From Flavobacteriales bacterium (GTDB taxonomy: Bacteria; Bacteroidota; Bacteroidia; CAIKAF01), in contig JAOABX010000006.1 of the NCBI GenBank assembly GCA_026418175.1, forward strand, positions 36,615 to 100,614: 64,000 bases of DNA, in the 5' to 3' direction. The position numbers and the translations under genes were made by a program. The notes under the pieces are model-generated. The model searched no databases, was not told where the DNA came from, and was given only the letters and a program-made list of their open reading frames with translations. Positions within the stretch are counted from its first letter, which is position 1, and every line of letters starts with the position of its first letter. Shown here one piece after another: positions 1 to 8,672 of the stretch.

Positions 1-133
1 TAGGAACGCGGGTTAATGCTACTTTTTTAAATACCGGCTGATTGTTTAAGTCTAAGTAAATATTGTAAAAAAGGAGCCGTACCGCATTACTTCCAATATC
101 AATGGCTGCAAACTTATGTGTAATCTGATTCAT
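1..133 (-). CDS. Ppx/GppA-family phosphatase, N-terminal fragment (gene continues past the window start)
   Basis: The minus-strand ATG at 133 translates to MNQITHKFAAIDIGSNAVRLLFYNIYLDLNNQPVFKKVALTRVP. AIDIGSNxxRL is the phosphate-1 motif of the Ppx/GppA (ASKHA) family. An ATGA start/stop overlap at 130..133 joins it to the upstream gene. It is absent from the ORF track because the window edge truncates it. Confidence 0.5.
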   Translation of the reverse strand, partial: MNQITHKFAAIDIGSNAVRLLFYNIYLDLNNQPVFKKVALTRVP

Positions 134-996
134 GGTGTTGAAACTTGATGTTGAAAATACGCTACCAGCCCTTCGATAGGGCGATGAATTATTCGATAAA
201 TTGAATATTCTGGCTCAAATATTTTTTTTAATTCTTCTTTGAAATAATAAGCAACAGATCCAACAAAGCATAGTTGAGACGGAATGGAAAACCCGGAAGT
301 CAACAAATAATCTTTGTGCATTGTTTTTAATTCCTGAAATGAAGTTACAATAAGCTGATGTAAGAATACATGCGTTCTGTTTTCATGTATAAAAGGAACA
401 AACGAAGCCAGATAGGTACTCGGTGCATCAGTTCGATATAGATGATTGATTACATCGTTGTAAGTAAGTTGATATTTGTTGGTTATTAATCTTTGTAAAT
501 CTTCTGGAAGTTGTTTTCTAATAACTGCTTTAAGAAGCTTTTTACCCATAATCGCCCCACTGCCTTCATCGCCCAAAATAAATCCGCCAGAAGGAACCTG
601 TGCCACGATGTTGTTATCTTTCCAAATACAAGAATTAGAGCCCGTTCCAAGAATAAATACCCAGGAGTCTTTGTTAGCAGAAGTGGCCAAACAGGCTGCT
701 TCCAAGTCAGAACGAAACTGTAATGATGAATTTGGAAAATCAGGTTTAAATAATGTGTATAATCGCTCTGAAGCTTGTGTATTTTGACATCCTGCCCCAA
801 AAAAAAATACTGATTTTACGTGGTAAGGTAGATTTTTATGTGTTACAAAATTTTTTACTTCATTTAGCACTTTTTTGATAGCCTCGTTTGAATGTAACAG
901 CGCATGAATTCCGGCTGTTTGATAATAATACACCCCATCATTGCTTAGTAATGCCCAGGAGGTTTTGGTAGCGCCAGCATCTGCCACAAGAATCAT
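130..996 (-). CDS. BadF/BadG/BcrA/BcrD-type ATPase (N-acetylglucosamine-kinase-like sugar kinase)
   Basis: 288-aa ORF. It has an N-terminal MILVADAGATKTSW (ASKHA DxGxT) motif, then LGTGSNS and GDEGSG motifs typical of this kinase/ATPase family. The substrate cannot be assigned. Confidence 0.55.
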   Translation of the reverse strand: MILVADAGATKTSWALLSNDGVYYYQTAGIHALLHSNEAIKKVLNEVKNFVTHKNLPYHVKSVFFFGAGCQNTQASERLYTLFKPDFPNSSLQFRSDLEAACLATSANKDSWVFILGTGSNSCIWKDNNIVAQVPSGGFILGDEGSGAIMGKKLLKAVIRKQLPEDLQRLITNKYQLTYNDVINHLYRTDAPSTYLASFVPFIHENRTHVFLHQLIVTSFQELKTMHKDYLLTSGFSIPSQLCFVGSVAYYFKEELKKIFEPEYSIYRIIHRPIEGLVAYFQHQVSTP

Positions 997-1083
997 GGCT
1001 TAAAAATACAGGATTAGATTGGTATCATGGATGAAGAGATTTTTAAGTTTTCCATTTTTTTTAAACCAACCTTCAACGAAACA

Positions 1084-2151
1084 TCAATTTGAAAAACCAT
1101 TTACCATTTGCCATTTTTTCACACGAGGATTCATCAAAGCAAACCAAAGCGGAGGAATCATTGCTACGACCATACTGCCAGGATACCCCAACGGCAATTG
1201 CGGACTTTCATCAAAATGACGTAATACCTGATATTTTCGAGTAGCTTTGTAATGATGATCCGAATGGCGGGTTAGTTCATAAAGCATGATTCTTCCCAAG
1301 GTATGATCTGAATTCCAGGAATGTGTAGGTTTTACTTTTTCATATACACCTGGCTCAATTTCTCTTCTACGTAATCCGTAATGCTCAATATAATTTACGG
1401 TTTCAAGTAATAAAATGCCGATGATGGCTGAAGCAATGAATGCCACCAAGCCTACTGGGCCAAATATTGTCCCAATTAATACAAGAAACAATATCTGAAT
1501 AACTTGAAATTGAATCATTTCATTTTTCCATGACCAAACAGATTGACCAAGCCTTTCTAAACGAATTTTTTCAAGCCTCCAGGCCGAACGCCAACTTCCT
1601 ACAATAGTTCTGAAATAAAAAAGATAAATCCATTCTCCGTAGCGTGCAGAAGCAGGATCGAGGGGAGTACTAACGTTTCTATGATGCCCCCGGTTGTGTT
1701 CAATAAAAAAATGCATATACAGCGAAGTAAGCAATAATGCTTTGGATAATTGCTGTTCCCATTTTGTGAGCCGATGGCCTAACTCATGGGCCACGTTAAT
1801 GCCTAATACCCCACAACTTATTCCCATAGCTATAACCATTCCTACTTTTTCCCACCATAGAAAGTCTCCCCAACTTATCTGATATAACATATAACCCAGT
1901 AATGCATATTGAATTGGGACATTGAGATACAGCATGAGGTCAAAAAAACGATTCTTTAAACGGCTTTCTTCTTCTGCCTGTGTATAGTTTTGGGTTGATT
2001 GGGGTAAAATCATTTCCAGGATTGGAATTACAACAAATGCATAAAAAGGCACAATAAAACTGTATCGCTCACCCAAGTAAAGCGTTAGATAAGTGCCTAA
2101 GGGAATAATATATCCAAGTAGATATTTAATTTCGCTCCATATTTTTCGCAT
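1084..2151 (-). CDS. AlkB-like integral-membrane alkane 1-monooxygenase / fatty-acid desaturase superfamily
   Basis: 355-aa polytopic ORF carrying the AlkB histidine boxes HELGHR, EHNRGHH, NYIEHYGL and LTRHSDHH. No rubredoxin or rubredoxin reductase gene is adjacent. Confidence 0.7.
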   Translation of the reverse strand: MRKIWSEIKYLLGYIIPLGTYLTLYLGERYSFIVPFYAFVVIPILEMILPQSTQNYTQAEEESRLKNRFFDLMLYLNVPIQYALLGYMLYQISWGDFLWWEKVGMVIAMGISCGVLGINVAHELGHRLTKWEQQLSKALLLTSLYMHFFIEHNRGHHRNVSTPLDPASARYGEWIYLFYFRTIVGSWRSAWRLEKIRLERLGQSVWSWKNEMIQFQVIQILFLVLIGTIFGPVGLVAFIASAIIGILLLETVNYIEHYGLRRREIEPGVYEKVKPTHSWNSDHTLGRIMLYELTRHSDHHYKATRKYQVLRHFDESPQLPLGYPGSMVVAMIPPLWFALMNPRVKKWQMVNGFSN

Positions 2152-2171
2152 ATGTTTTTATACTTGTGTTT

Positions 2172-2179
2172 CAAATATA
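2172..2179 (-). promoter_or_regulatory. Bacteroidota-type -7 box (TATATTTG on the minus strand) for the AlkB-like gene
   Basis: CAAATATA on the plus strand matches TAnnTTTG on the minus strand. It lies 20 nt upstream of the ATG at 2151. Confidence 0.4.
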
Positions 2180-2190
2180 CAAATTGAAAT

Positions 2191-2198
2191 TAACTTTG
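2191..2198 (+). promoter_or_regulatory. Bacteroidota-type -7 box (TAACTTTG) for the tetR-family gene
   Basis: Exact TAnnTTTG match 27 nt upstream of the ATG at 2226. It sits back to back with the divergent box at 2172..2179. Confidence 0.4.
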
Positions 2199-2225
2199 TA
2201 AACTAAACCACAACAAATAGTTTAT

Positions 2226-2873
2226 ATGGGTCGTAAACCAATCCTAAAGTATAGAAAAAAAGACGATTCCATTACCCAATGCTGGATTGAAAAAATTCTA
2301 CCACATTTTCAGCAACATGGATTTAGAAAATTCAGCATGGATGAGGTAGTGAAATTAGCCGGTGTAAGCAAAGCCACCTTTTACAAATATTTTTCATCCC
2401 GCGAAAAACTGCTAGATGGAATTATTTCGTATAAATTAAACGAAATCTCACAATTTAGAGAAGCCTTGTTTAATAAAGAACAAAGTTTTTATGAACGCTA
2501 TCATAATGCTATTCGGATTTCATCCCAAGCTATGTCGCAAATTTCAGGGAAATTCTTAGAAGATATCCGATACATATATCCGGAGAAATGGAAAGCTGTA
2601 GAAGAATTTAAAAACTATGCCGTTTCTCTACTGGAAGAATTTTATCAAGAAGGTATCCGCGAAGGATTCTTACTAAACATTCACCCAAGAATTATGGCGA
2701 TAAATGATCATTTAATTTTTACACAAATGACTGATCCTGATTTTCTTCAAAAAACAGGGTTAAGCCTACAGGAAATGTTTGATCATTATTTTCGGATGAA
2801 AAACGAAGGTGTAATCCGTCAACGAGATAAATTTCTAGATGTGATTCAAAAATATCAAAGAAATAATTCATAA
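2226..2873 (+). CDS. TetR/AcrR-family transcriptional regulator
   Basis: 215 aa. The N-terminal helix-turn-helix FSMDEVVKLAGVSKATFYKYFSSREKLL is the TetR signature. It is transcribed divergently from the AlkB-like gene. Confidence 0.8.
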   Translation: MGRKPILKYRKKDDSITQCWIEKILPHFQQHGFRKFSMDEVVKLAGVSKATFYKYFSSREKLLDGIISYKLNEISQFREALFNKEQSFYERYHNAIRISSQAMSQISGKFLEDIRYIYPEKWKAVEEFKNYAVSLLEEFYQEGIREGFLLNIHPRIMAINDHLIFTQMTDPDFLQKTGLSLQEMFDHYFRMKNEGVIRQRDKFLDVIQKYQRNNS

Positions 2874-2875
2874 CA

Positions 2876-4831
2876 TTAATCAAATCGTATTTTTGCTTTT
2901 TTCACGCCTTTCCCAACACCCGGCAGAATGACGGGCTTTTTTGAAAGAAAAATATCTGCTTTAGTTTGCCATCTGCCTACAACTTGTTCTGTTCCAAAAA
3001 AATCAATACCAACTAGTTCAAATAATACTTCATCTTCATGATATACATTCCACCCTTTAGAAGGGATATAAAAAACTGCTTTTCCATTAACAATAGTATC
3101 ACTATTAGCAAGCAATTGGGGCCCATGATAAAAACGGAAATAATATTTATCTATCACACGATTTTTATTCGTCGCTTCAATACGAAGGTTAGGTACTTGA
3201 ATCAAAACAGGAGCATCATAGGTAAACGATTGTGAATATTCGCCCAGTTGTACAGCTGGTTCACGCAATGTAGATTTGATTTGAGCCACTACTTGTAAAA
3301 GTGGTGATGCTAATTGCATCTTATAATACGGAATAAAAAATACAACTTCTTTTTGAGGCCGAATTAACTCAAACTTAGAAAATTCAAAGCGCCTAATAGA
3401 TGTAAGAAGGCTAAGCCAGGATGTGAGATCATTGCCTTGATTATCTGTAAAACGGAGTGCATAAGATATATCCAGGGGACTCAAATCATCGTAATACATT
3501 TCAGGAACATCAATACCAATTACTAGCTTAATTCCATGTATTCCTTTAACAACCACTGCCTCTCTTGAAATCATTTTTATTTTAACATCATGAACTTCTT
3601 TTCTTGAAAACTTTAAATCAGATTTTACCTGCTTTAATAACAAGCCATATCCTTCTAAATAATATTGTACTGCCGGGAACATGTTTGGAAGAACAGCATA
3701 ATGGGGAATAAATAACCTAACTGAAGTGTCATGCTCTTGAGAAACGCCAATCATTCCACTGCTAACAGGGATTAACTTTCCAGAAACAAATTTAACAAAC
3801 CGCGGTACCTGAATGGATGTAAATGTGCTGTTAGTAAAAATCGGACGTATGGATAATTGTTTATCAGTTTGAGTTGATTGTGCAATGTCTAAGTATATTC
3901 CAGAAACACCTTGATAAGATGCTTCTGATACACTTAAACTTATATCATTTATAACTGGTATAGCTACTTTGGATACAGAAAAATCGGCATGAATTACTTT
4001 TCCAAATGATAAACCATTTATGTTTTGCTGGTATTCGCCCGAAGAATGTTGGATAAAATATTCACCTATCAACTCATCTGTAGAAAAATCATCATTATCT
4101 ACAATAGATAACTTAACCGGATCTGTATCAGAAATACGAAATGAGGCTGACCCCTTTTTTGCTGAAAATTCATTGGTAGCTTCTTCTGATTCAAACACAT
4201 ATTCATTACCCACCTGTATATTCCAAACAATATCAGGTCTGCCTTTTCCGGATTTAGAATTGCCACTCAAAAAAAGACCCAAGAATGGTATTTTTTTTCC
4301 TGCTTCATCATATTCTCCTCTAATGACATCTGCTTTTTCCAAATCGATTTTCATTACATATCCCTGAGGTATTTGAATGGTTGCAGACTGGGAAGCTATC
4401 GGTGGGCTAACAACTCTTTTATACCGATCGCAAACAACTAAATTAAACGTATAGTTATTCAATCCCGGATCTTCCATTATTCTGCGATACGGAATAAAAA
4501 AATCATATTGCAATAAATGATTTTTAATAATTGGTAATCGAATATACTCCCCTTTAGGTGCTACTGTTTTATATACTTCGGGCATGAGTTGAGGGGTATA
4601 AATCAACCGATTATTATCATTACGAATTTCTGCAAATACATACCACTGCGTAGTATCCATTGCCAGGGGAATATCTTTTAATTTAATTGTGGCCTTTATA
4701 TTGATGCCAGATACTCCTTGTTGTTTAATATTTTTTGATATTTCAATCCTATCAACAAAAATATACTTCTCTACTTGGGCTTGTAGAACATAGCCAGTAA
4801 GCAGTAAAAAAAATAGAATTGTTTTGCGCAT
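2876..4831 (-). CDS. Secreted 651-aa repeat protein of unknown function (A-B-A-A-B modules with C2-like acidic motifs)
   Basis: It has a signal peptide, MRKTILFFLLLTGYVLQAQ. Three copies of a module carry G[VI]xGI (residues 39, 308, 430) followed 65-72 residues later by [FL]FIP[YH] (residues 111, 373, 498). Two interleaved modules end in IVDNDDFSTDELIGEY (243-258) and LVGIDFFGTEQVVGRW (606-621). I recognise no named family, no catalytic motif and no T9SS C-terminal domain. Confidence 0.6.
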   Translation of the reverse strand: MRKTILFFLLLTGYVLQAQVEKYIFVDRIEISKNIKQQGVSGINIKATIKLKDIPLAMDTTQWYVFAEIRNDNNRLIYTPQLMPEVYKTVAPKGEYIRLPIIKNHLLQYDFFIPYRRIMEDPGLNNYTFNLVVCDRYKRVVSPPIASQSATIQIPQGYVMKIDLEKADVIRGEYDEAGKKIPFLGLFLSGNSKSGKGRPDIVWNIQVGNEYVFESEEATNEFSAKKGSASFRISDTDPVKLSIVDNDDFSTDELIGEYFIQHSSGEYQQNINGLSFGKVIHADFSVSKVAIPVINDISLSVSEASYQGVSGIYLDIAQSTQTDKQLSIRPIFTNSTFTSIQVPRFVKFVSGKLIPVSSGMIGVSQEHDTSVRLFIPHYAVLPNMFPAVQYYLEGYGLLLKQVKSDLKFSRKEVHDVKIKMISREAVVVKGIHGIKLVIGIDVPEMYYDDLSPLDISYALRFTDNQGNDLTSWLSLLTSIRRFEFSKFELIRPQKEVVFFIPYYKMQLASPLLQVVAQIKSTLREPAVQLGEYSQSFTYDAPVLIQVPNLRIEATNKNRVIDKYYFRFYHGPQLLANSDTIVNGKAVFYIPSKGWNVYHEDEVLFELVGIDFFGTEQVVGRWQTKADIFLSKKPVILPGVGKGVKKAKIRFD

Positions 4832-6007
4832 CTAATGAATTAAATTTTGGGTAGCCCTGAATTTATCTACTACAATATTACCAAAAGATTGTGAAGCCAT
4901 CATAATCATATCGCGATCTGATGGAAAAGGCATTGGTTTTTGCTGTAATAATTGAAGAGATACATTGGATAATGCCCGATTATCACCGGTAGCAAAACCA
5001 TATTCATTGCGAAAAGTGGCCGAACCAACAATAGGCTCATTGAATAGCAGCGTTTGTCCATCTGAAGGATAAATCTTCATAACCCCACGAATAATTCCAT
5101 CCTTTATCTGTTCAATTTTTGTAATCTTCGCAGAAACTTCTCTGTATATAATCTTCTTTATTTTATTACCTAAGCTATCGGTACGTATGCTTCCATCCGG
5201 ATTTTTTTCCCACTCCCACCCATCTTCAATGGTTTTGGTTTCAGTGTACATGGTTTGGTTGGTTCGATCAGGGCCTGCCCAAGTATCGGTTATAATAATT
5301 TCGGCAAAATAATGGTAGACAATATTTTTTTCATCAATCCATGTGTATCTAACCCAATTGTTATTAAACTGTTGAATATTAATGGACCGAAGGTACGACT
5401 CCAACTCTACTGGAATTGGTCTTTGAGAATGGTTTGTAACCGTTGCCAATACACGGGTAAATGAAGCATCGTAAGCTAATTGTGTATTTAGCTGTAAATT
5501 AGGAATAGAAGCATTGTATTCGGCAGCACGCAGAAAATATTGATATGCTTGACGAGCAGAAAAACGGTCGCCTTTTTGCAAACAACGTATCCCTTCCTCA
5601 TAAAAATTTTGAGCAGCCTTATCGCGTGAATTTGCCATTTCTAATGAATAATCACGAATCTCAAATTCCACGTTGGTTAGCGGATTAGTAGGATAAAGGG
5701 TTGGCAATGTTTTAATGATTTGTTGGCGATTTTCCAACCGACGATAAAGTTGATATATTTTCTCCCAGTTGCGATCGTTATTTTCTCGCTGCAAAACCGT
5801 AATAGCATTCAAATCTTCTTCATTAGCTATCCGGTACGCATCTACAATGATATCTATATGTTTTTGGTCGGAGGGGTTTTTATGAAGTTTTCTTGCCGCT
5901 AGCACAATGGCTCTATCATAATGTTGTTTTTCAAAATGCCAACGTGCAGAACTACATGATAATACTAACAAAGTAAGAAGGATAAAAAAAAGTATCTGAT
6001 TTTTCAT
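4832..6007 (-). CDS. Lipoprotein of unknown function (helical TPR-like N-terminal half, beta-rich C-terminal half)
   Basis: I prefer the ATG at 6007 (MKNQILFFILLTLLVLSCSS, lipobox L-S-C) over the track start at 6058, because a TAATTTTG box lies at 6014..6021. Its TAG stop at 4832-4834 directly abuts the ATG at 4829-4831 of the next gene. Confidence 0.6.
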   Translation of the reverse strand: MKNQILFFILLTLLVLSCSSARWHFEKQHYDRAIVLAARKLHKNPSDQKHIDIIVDAYRIANEEDLNAITVLQRENNDRNWEKIYQLYRRLENRQQIIKTLPTLYPTNPLTNVEFEIRDYSLEMANSRDKAAQNFYEEGIRCLQKGDRFSARQAYQYFLRAAEYNASIPNLQLNTQLAYDASFTRVLATVTNHSQRPIPVELESYLRSINIQQFNNNWVRYTWIDEKNIVYHYFAEIIITDTWAGPDRTNQTMYTETKTIEDGWEWEKNPDGSIRTDSLGNKIKKIIYREVSAKITKIEQIKDGIIRGVMKIYPSDGQTLLFNEPIVGSATFRNEYGFATGDNRALSNVSLQLLQQKPMPFPSDRDMIMMASQSFGNIVVDKFRATQNLIH

Positions 6008-6013
6008 GATATT

Positions 6014-6021
6014 CAAAATTA
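6014..6021 (-). promoter_or_regulatory. Bacteroidota-type -7 box (TAATTTTG on the minus strand) for the lipoprotein / repeat-protein pair
   Basis: CAAAATTA on the plus strand, 6 nt upstream of the ATG at 6007. This implies a very short or absent leader. Confidence 0.4.
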
Positions 6022-6130
6022 TAAGATTCAAACAAACAAATTTCAAAAGCAATGCCATAATTTACAGACAAATAAGCCTAGCATAAGGATATGTATTACA
6101 AATTAGCATGGTTTGTTGAACATGAAAGCG

Positions 6131-6138
6131 TATCTTTG
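6131..6138 (+). promoter_or_regulatory. Bacteroidota-type -7 box (TATCTTTG) for the desaturase-family gene
   Basis: Exact TAnnTTTG match 14 nt upstream of the ATG at 6153. A TTTG at 6112..6115 could be the -33 element. Confidence 0.4.
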
Positions 6139-6152
6139 ACCGATATTTTTTT

Positions 6153-7223
6153 ATGATCAGCAACGGACACATCACCATTACCGATCCGGTTTTTATTAAA
6201 AAGGAAAAATATAACGCATTTGAACGATTTTTCCTGAAGTACATTAATGATGAAAGAGATTTGCCGTTTATCAAACTCTCAATTCTCTTATTGCTTATTT
6301 TTCCTCCATTAGCTCTTTGGTTATATATTGATTTTAACTGGTGGGTAGCAGCCATTTATTTATTTCTTAATTGGGCTATTTTTTTAGGGCCTTTTATTTT
6401 GATGTTGCATAACACATCGCACCGTTCATTATTTAAACACAAATACAAGGTATTCAACAATATAATTCCTTGGGTTATCGGCCCATTTTTTGGCGAATCA
6501 CCCGAAACATATTTTGCACATCACATAGCCATGCATCACCCGGAAAATAACATGGAGGAAGACTTGAGCACTACCATGCCATACCGAAGAGATAGTGTGC
6601 GTGGATTTACTCTTTACTTTCTTGAATTCTTTTTTACAACCATTGGCCAATTGGGGAACTATTTGTGGCGTAAAAACCGCAAACCCATTATGTGGAAAAT
6701 GATCATTGGTGAGCTTTCTTATATTGGCATGTGCGTTGGGTTGAGTTTTGTGAATTTTGAAGCCACGTTGGTTACACTTATCCTACCACTCTTTTTTGCT
6801 CGATTAATGATGATGGCTGGAAATTGGGCACAACATGCTTTTGTAGATGCATCATCACCAGGAAATCCATATAGAAACAGCATTACCTGTATAAATACTC
6901 CTTACAACAAAAAAAGCTGGAACGACGGATATCATATCAGCCATCATGAACGCGCCAACCGTCATTGGACGCAACATCCACAGGAATTGCTTGATAAGAT
7001 TGATACATATATTAAAGAAGAAGCTATCGTTTTTCAAAAAATTGATTTTACCACCGTATGGTTGTTTTTAATGCTAAAGCGTTATAATTGGCTGGCCAAG
7101 CATTATGTTCAGCTAGATCCTAACAATATAAAAACCAAAGAAGAAATTATTGCTTTGTTAAAGCAACGCACACAGCCAATTAAAAACCGCGAATACGTTA
7201 CTGCAAAGGTACTTGCATCATGA
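6153..7223 (+). CDS. Membrane fatty-acid desaturase/hydroxylase family protein (three His boxes)
   Basis: 356-aa membrane ORF with HNTSHR, HHIAMHH and HISHHE histidine boxes. Regiospecificity and substrate are unknown. Confidence 0.65.
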   Translation: MISNGHITITDPVFIKKEKYNAFERFFLKYINDERDLPFIKLSILLLLIFPPLALWLYIDFNWWVAAIYLFLNWAIFLGPFILMLHNTSHRSLFKHKYKVFNNIIPWVIGPFFGESPETYFAHHIAMHHPENNMEEDLSTTMPYRRDSVRGFTLYFLEFFFTTIGQLGNYLWRKNRKPIMWKMIIGELSYIGMCVGLSFVNFEATLVTLILPLFFARLMMMAGNWAQHAFVDASSPGNPYRNSITCINTPYNKKSWNDGYHISHHERANRHWTQHPQELLDKIDTYIKEEAIVFQKIDFTTVWLFLMLKRYNWLAKHYVQLDPNNIKTKEEIIALLKQRTQPIKNREYVTAKVLAS

Positions 7224-7648
7224 ATGAAAAGTCAATAATTGAATCATCCAAAGCCCCCGAACCGGTTGGCCTTTATCCGCATGCCCGGAAGGTGGGTGAT
7301 TTTATTTATTTCTCAGGCATTGGCCCTCGCGAACGAGGTACAAAAAAAATACCGGGAGTAGAGTTAGATGAACACGGCAATATTCTATCATATGATATTG
7401 CTACACAGTGTCATTCCGTATTTAAAAACTTACAATATGTAGTAGAAGATGCCGGTGCTACATGGGAAGACATTGTAGATATAACGGTTTTTCTTACCAA
7501 CATGAAAGACGACTTTAAAACGTACAATGCAATTTATGCAGAGTATTTTAAAAGTAATCTTCCGTGCAGAACCACCATTGAAATTAAATCATTGCCTACC
7601 CCTATTGCCATTGAGGTAAAAGCAATTGCTTATATAGGTAAAAAATAA
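7220..7648 (+). CDS. ridA: RidA/YjgF/TdcF-family reactive-intermediate deaminase
   Basis: 142 aa with the typical pattern APEPVGLYPHA...GDFIYFSGIGP...RTTIEIKSLPTPIAIEV. It shares an ATGA overlap (7220..7223) with the desaturase gene. Confidence 0.8.
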   Translation: MNEKSIIESSKAPEPVGLYPHARKVGDFIYFSGIGPRERGTKKIPGVELDEHGNILSYDIATQCHSVFKNLQYVVEDAGATWEDIVDITVFLTNMKDDFKTYNAIYAEYFKSNLPCRTTIEIKSLPTPIAIEVKAIAYIGKK

Positions 7649-7655
7649 TTCTGTT

Positions 7656-8579
7656 TTATACTAAGTCAATATCAAATTGAACCAAGTCGATAAACTCCTG
7701 AACCCGTTCATCCAATTCCTGTTGAGTTAGTTCAGATACCCGTTCAATACCAAATTTTTCAACACAGAAAGAGGCAATGGCAGAGCCATAAATTACGGCA
7801 CGTTTCATATTGTCAAAGCTCAAGTCACGCGTTCCGGCTAAATATCCGATAAATCCCCCTGCAAAACTGTCGCCAGCACCTGTAGGGTCAAATACTTCTT
7901 CCAAGGGTAATGCCGGAGCAAAAAATAATTGATTTTCGTGAAACAATAACGCACCGTTTTCCCCCTTTTTTATTACAAGATATTTTGGCCCCATCGTCAT
8001 GATTTTCTTAGCAGCTTTAATCAATGAATATTCTCGGGTAAGCTGACGAGCCTCTTCATCATTTACTGTAAGTACATCTACATGCTTTAATACTTCCATC
8101 AAATCATTCCATGCTGTATCCATCCAAAAGTTCATGGTATCCATCATTACCAGCTTAGGCCGTATGTTCATTTGATCAAGAACTTTTTTCTGCAAGCTGG
8201 GCATCAAGTTCCCTAACATCAAAAAATCAGCATTTCGATAACTTTCGGGGACCACGGGATCAAATGTTGCAAGCACATTGAGTTGAGTATCGAGGGTATC
8301 GCGGCTATTCATATCAATGTGATAGCGTCCGGCCCAAAAGAATGATTTTTCCCCTTTCTTTATCTGAAGGCCTTCTAAATTTATGCCTCGTTTTTTAAAT
8401 TGTTCAATACCTGCCGGAGGAAAGTCATCGCCAATTACAGAAACCAAGCGAATATCTTTATGAAAAAAAGAAGATGCTAACGCAAAATGCGTTGCTGATC
8501 CGCCAATGATACGTTCTGCTTTACCAAAGGGAGTTTCGATTGTATCCAAGGCAACGGTGCCAACAACTAATAAACTCAT
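7656..8579 (-). CDS. PfkB-family carbohydrate kinase (ribokinase-like)
   Basis: 307 aa with the C-terminal PfkB signature DPTGAGDSFAGGF. The substrate is unknown. Confidence 0.75.
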   Translation of the reverse strand: MSLLVVGTVALDTIETPFGKAERIIGGSATHFALASSFFHKDIRLVSVIGDDFPPAGIEQFKKRGINLEGLQIKKGEKSFFWAGRYHIDMNSRDTLDTQLNVLATFDPVVPESYRNADFLMLGNLMPSLQKKVLDQMNIRPKLVMMDTMNFWMDTAWNDLMEVLKHVDVLTVNDEEARQLTREYSLIKAAKKIMTMGPKYLVIKKGENGALLFHENQLFFAPALPLEEVFDPTGAGDSFAGGFIGYLAGTRDLSFDNMKRAVIYGSAIASFCVEKFGIERVSELTQQELDERVQEFIDLVQFDIDLV

Positions 8580-8672
8580 GACAAAAGGCTAATAGATTTT
8601 TTGCGAAAATATAGATATCCTAGACAGAGAAAAGGAGGAACGATGAATATTTTTAAAATTTTACCGACAAGC

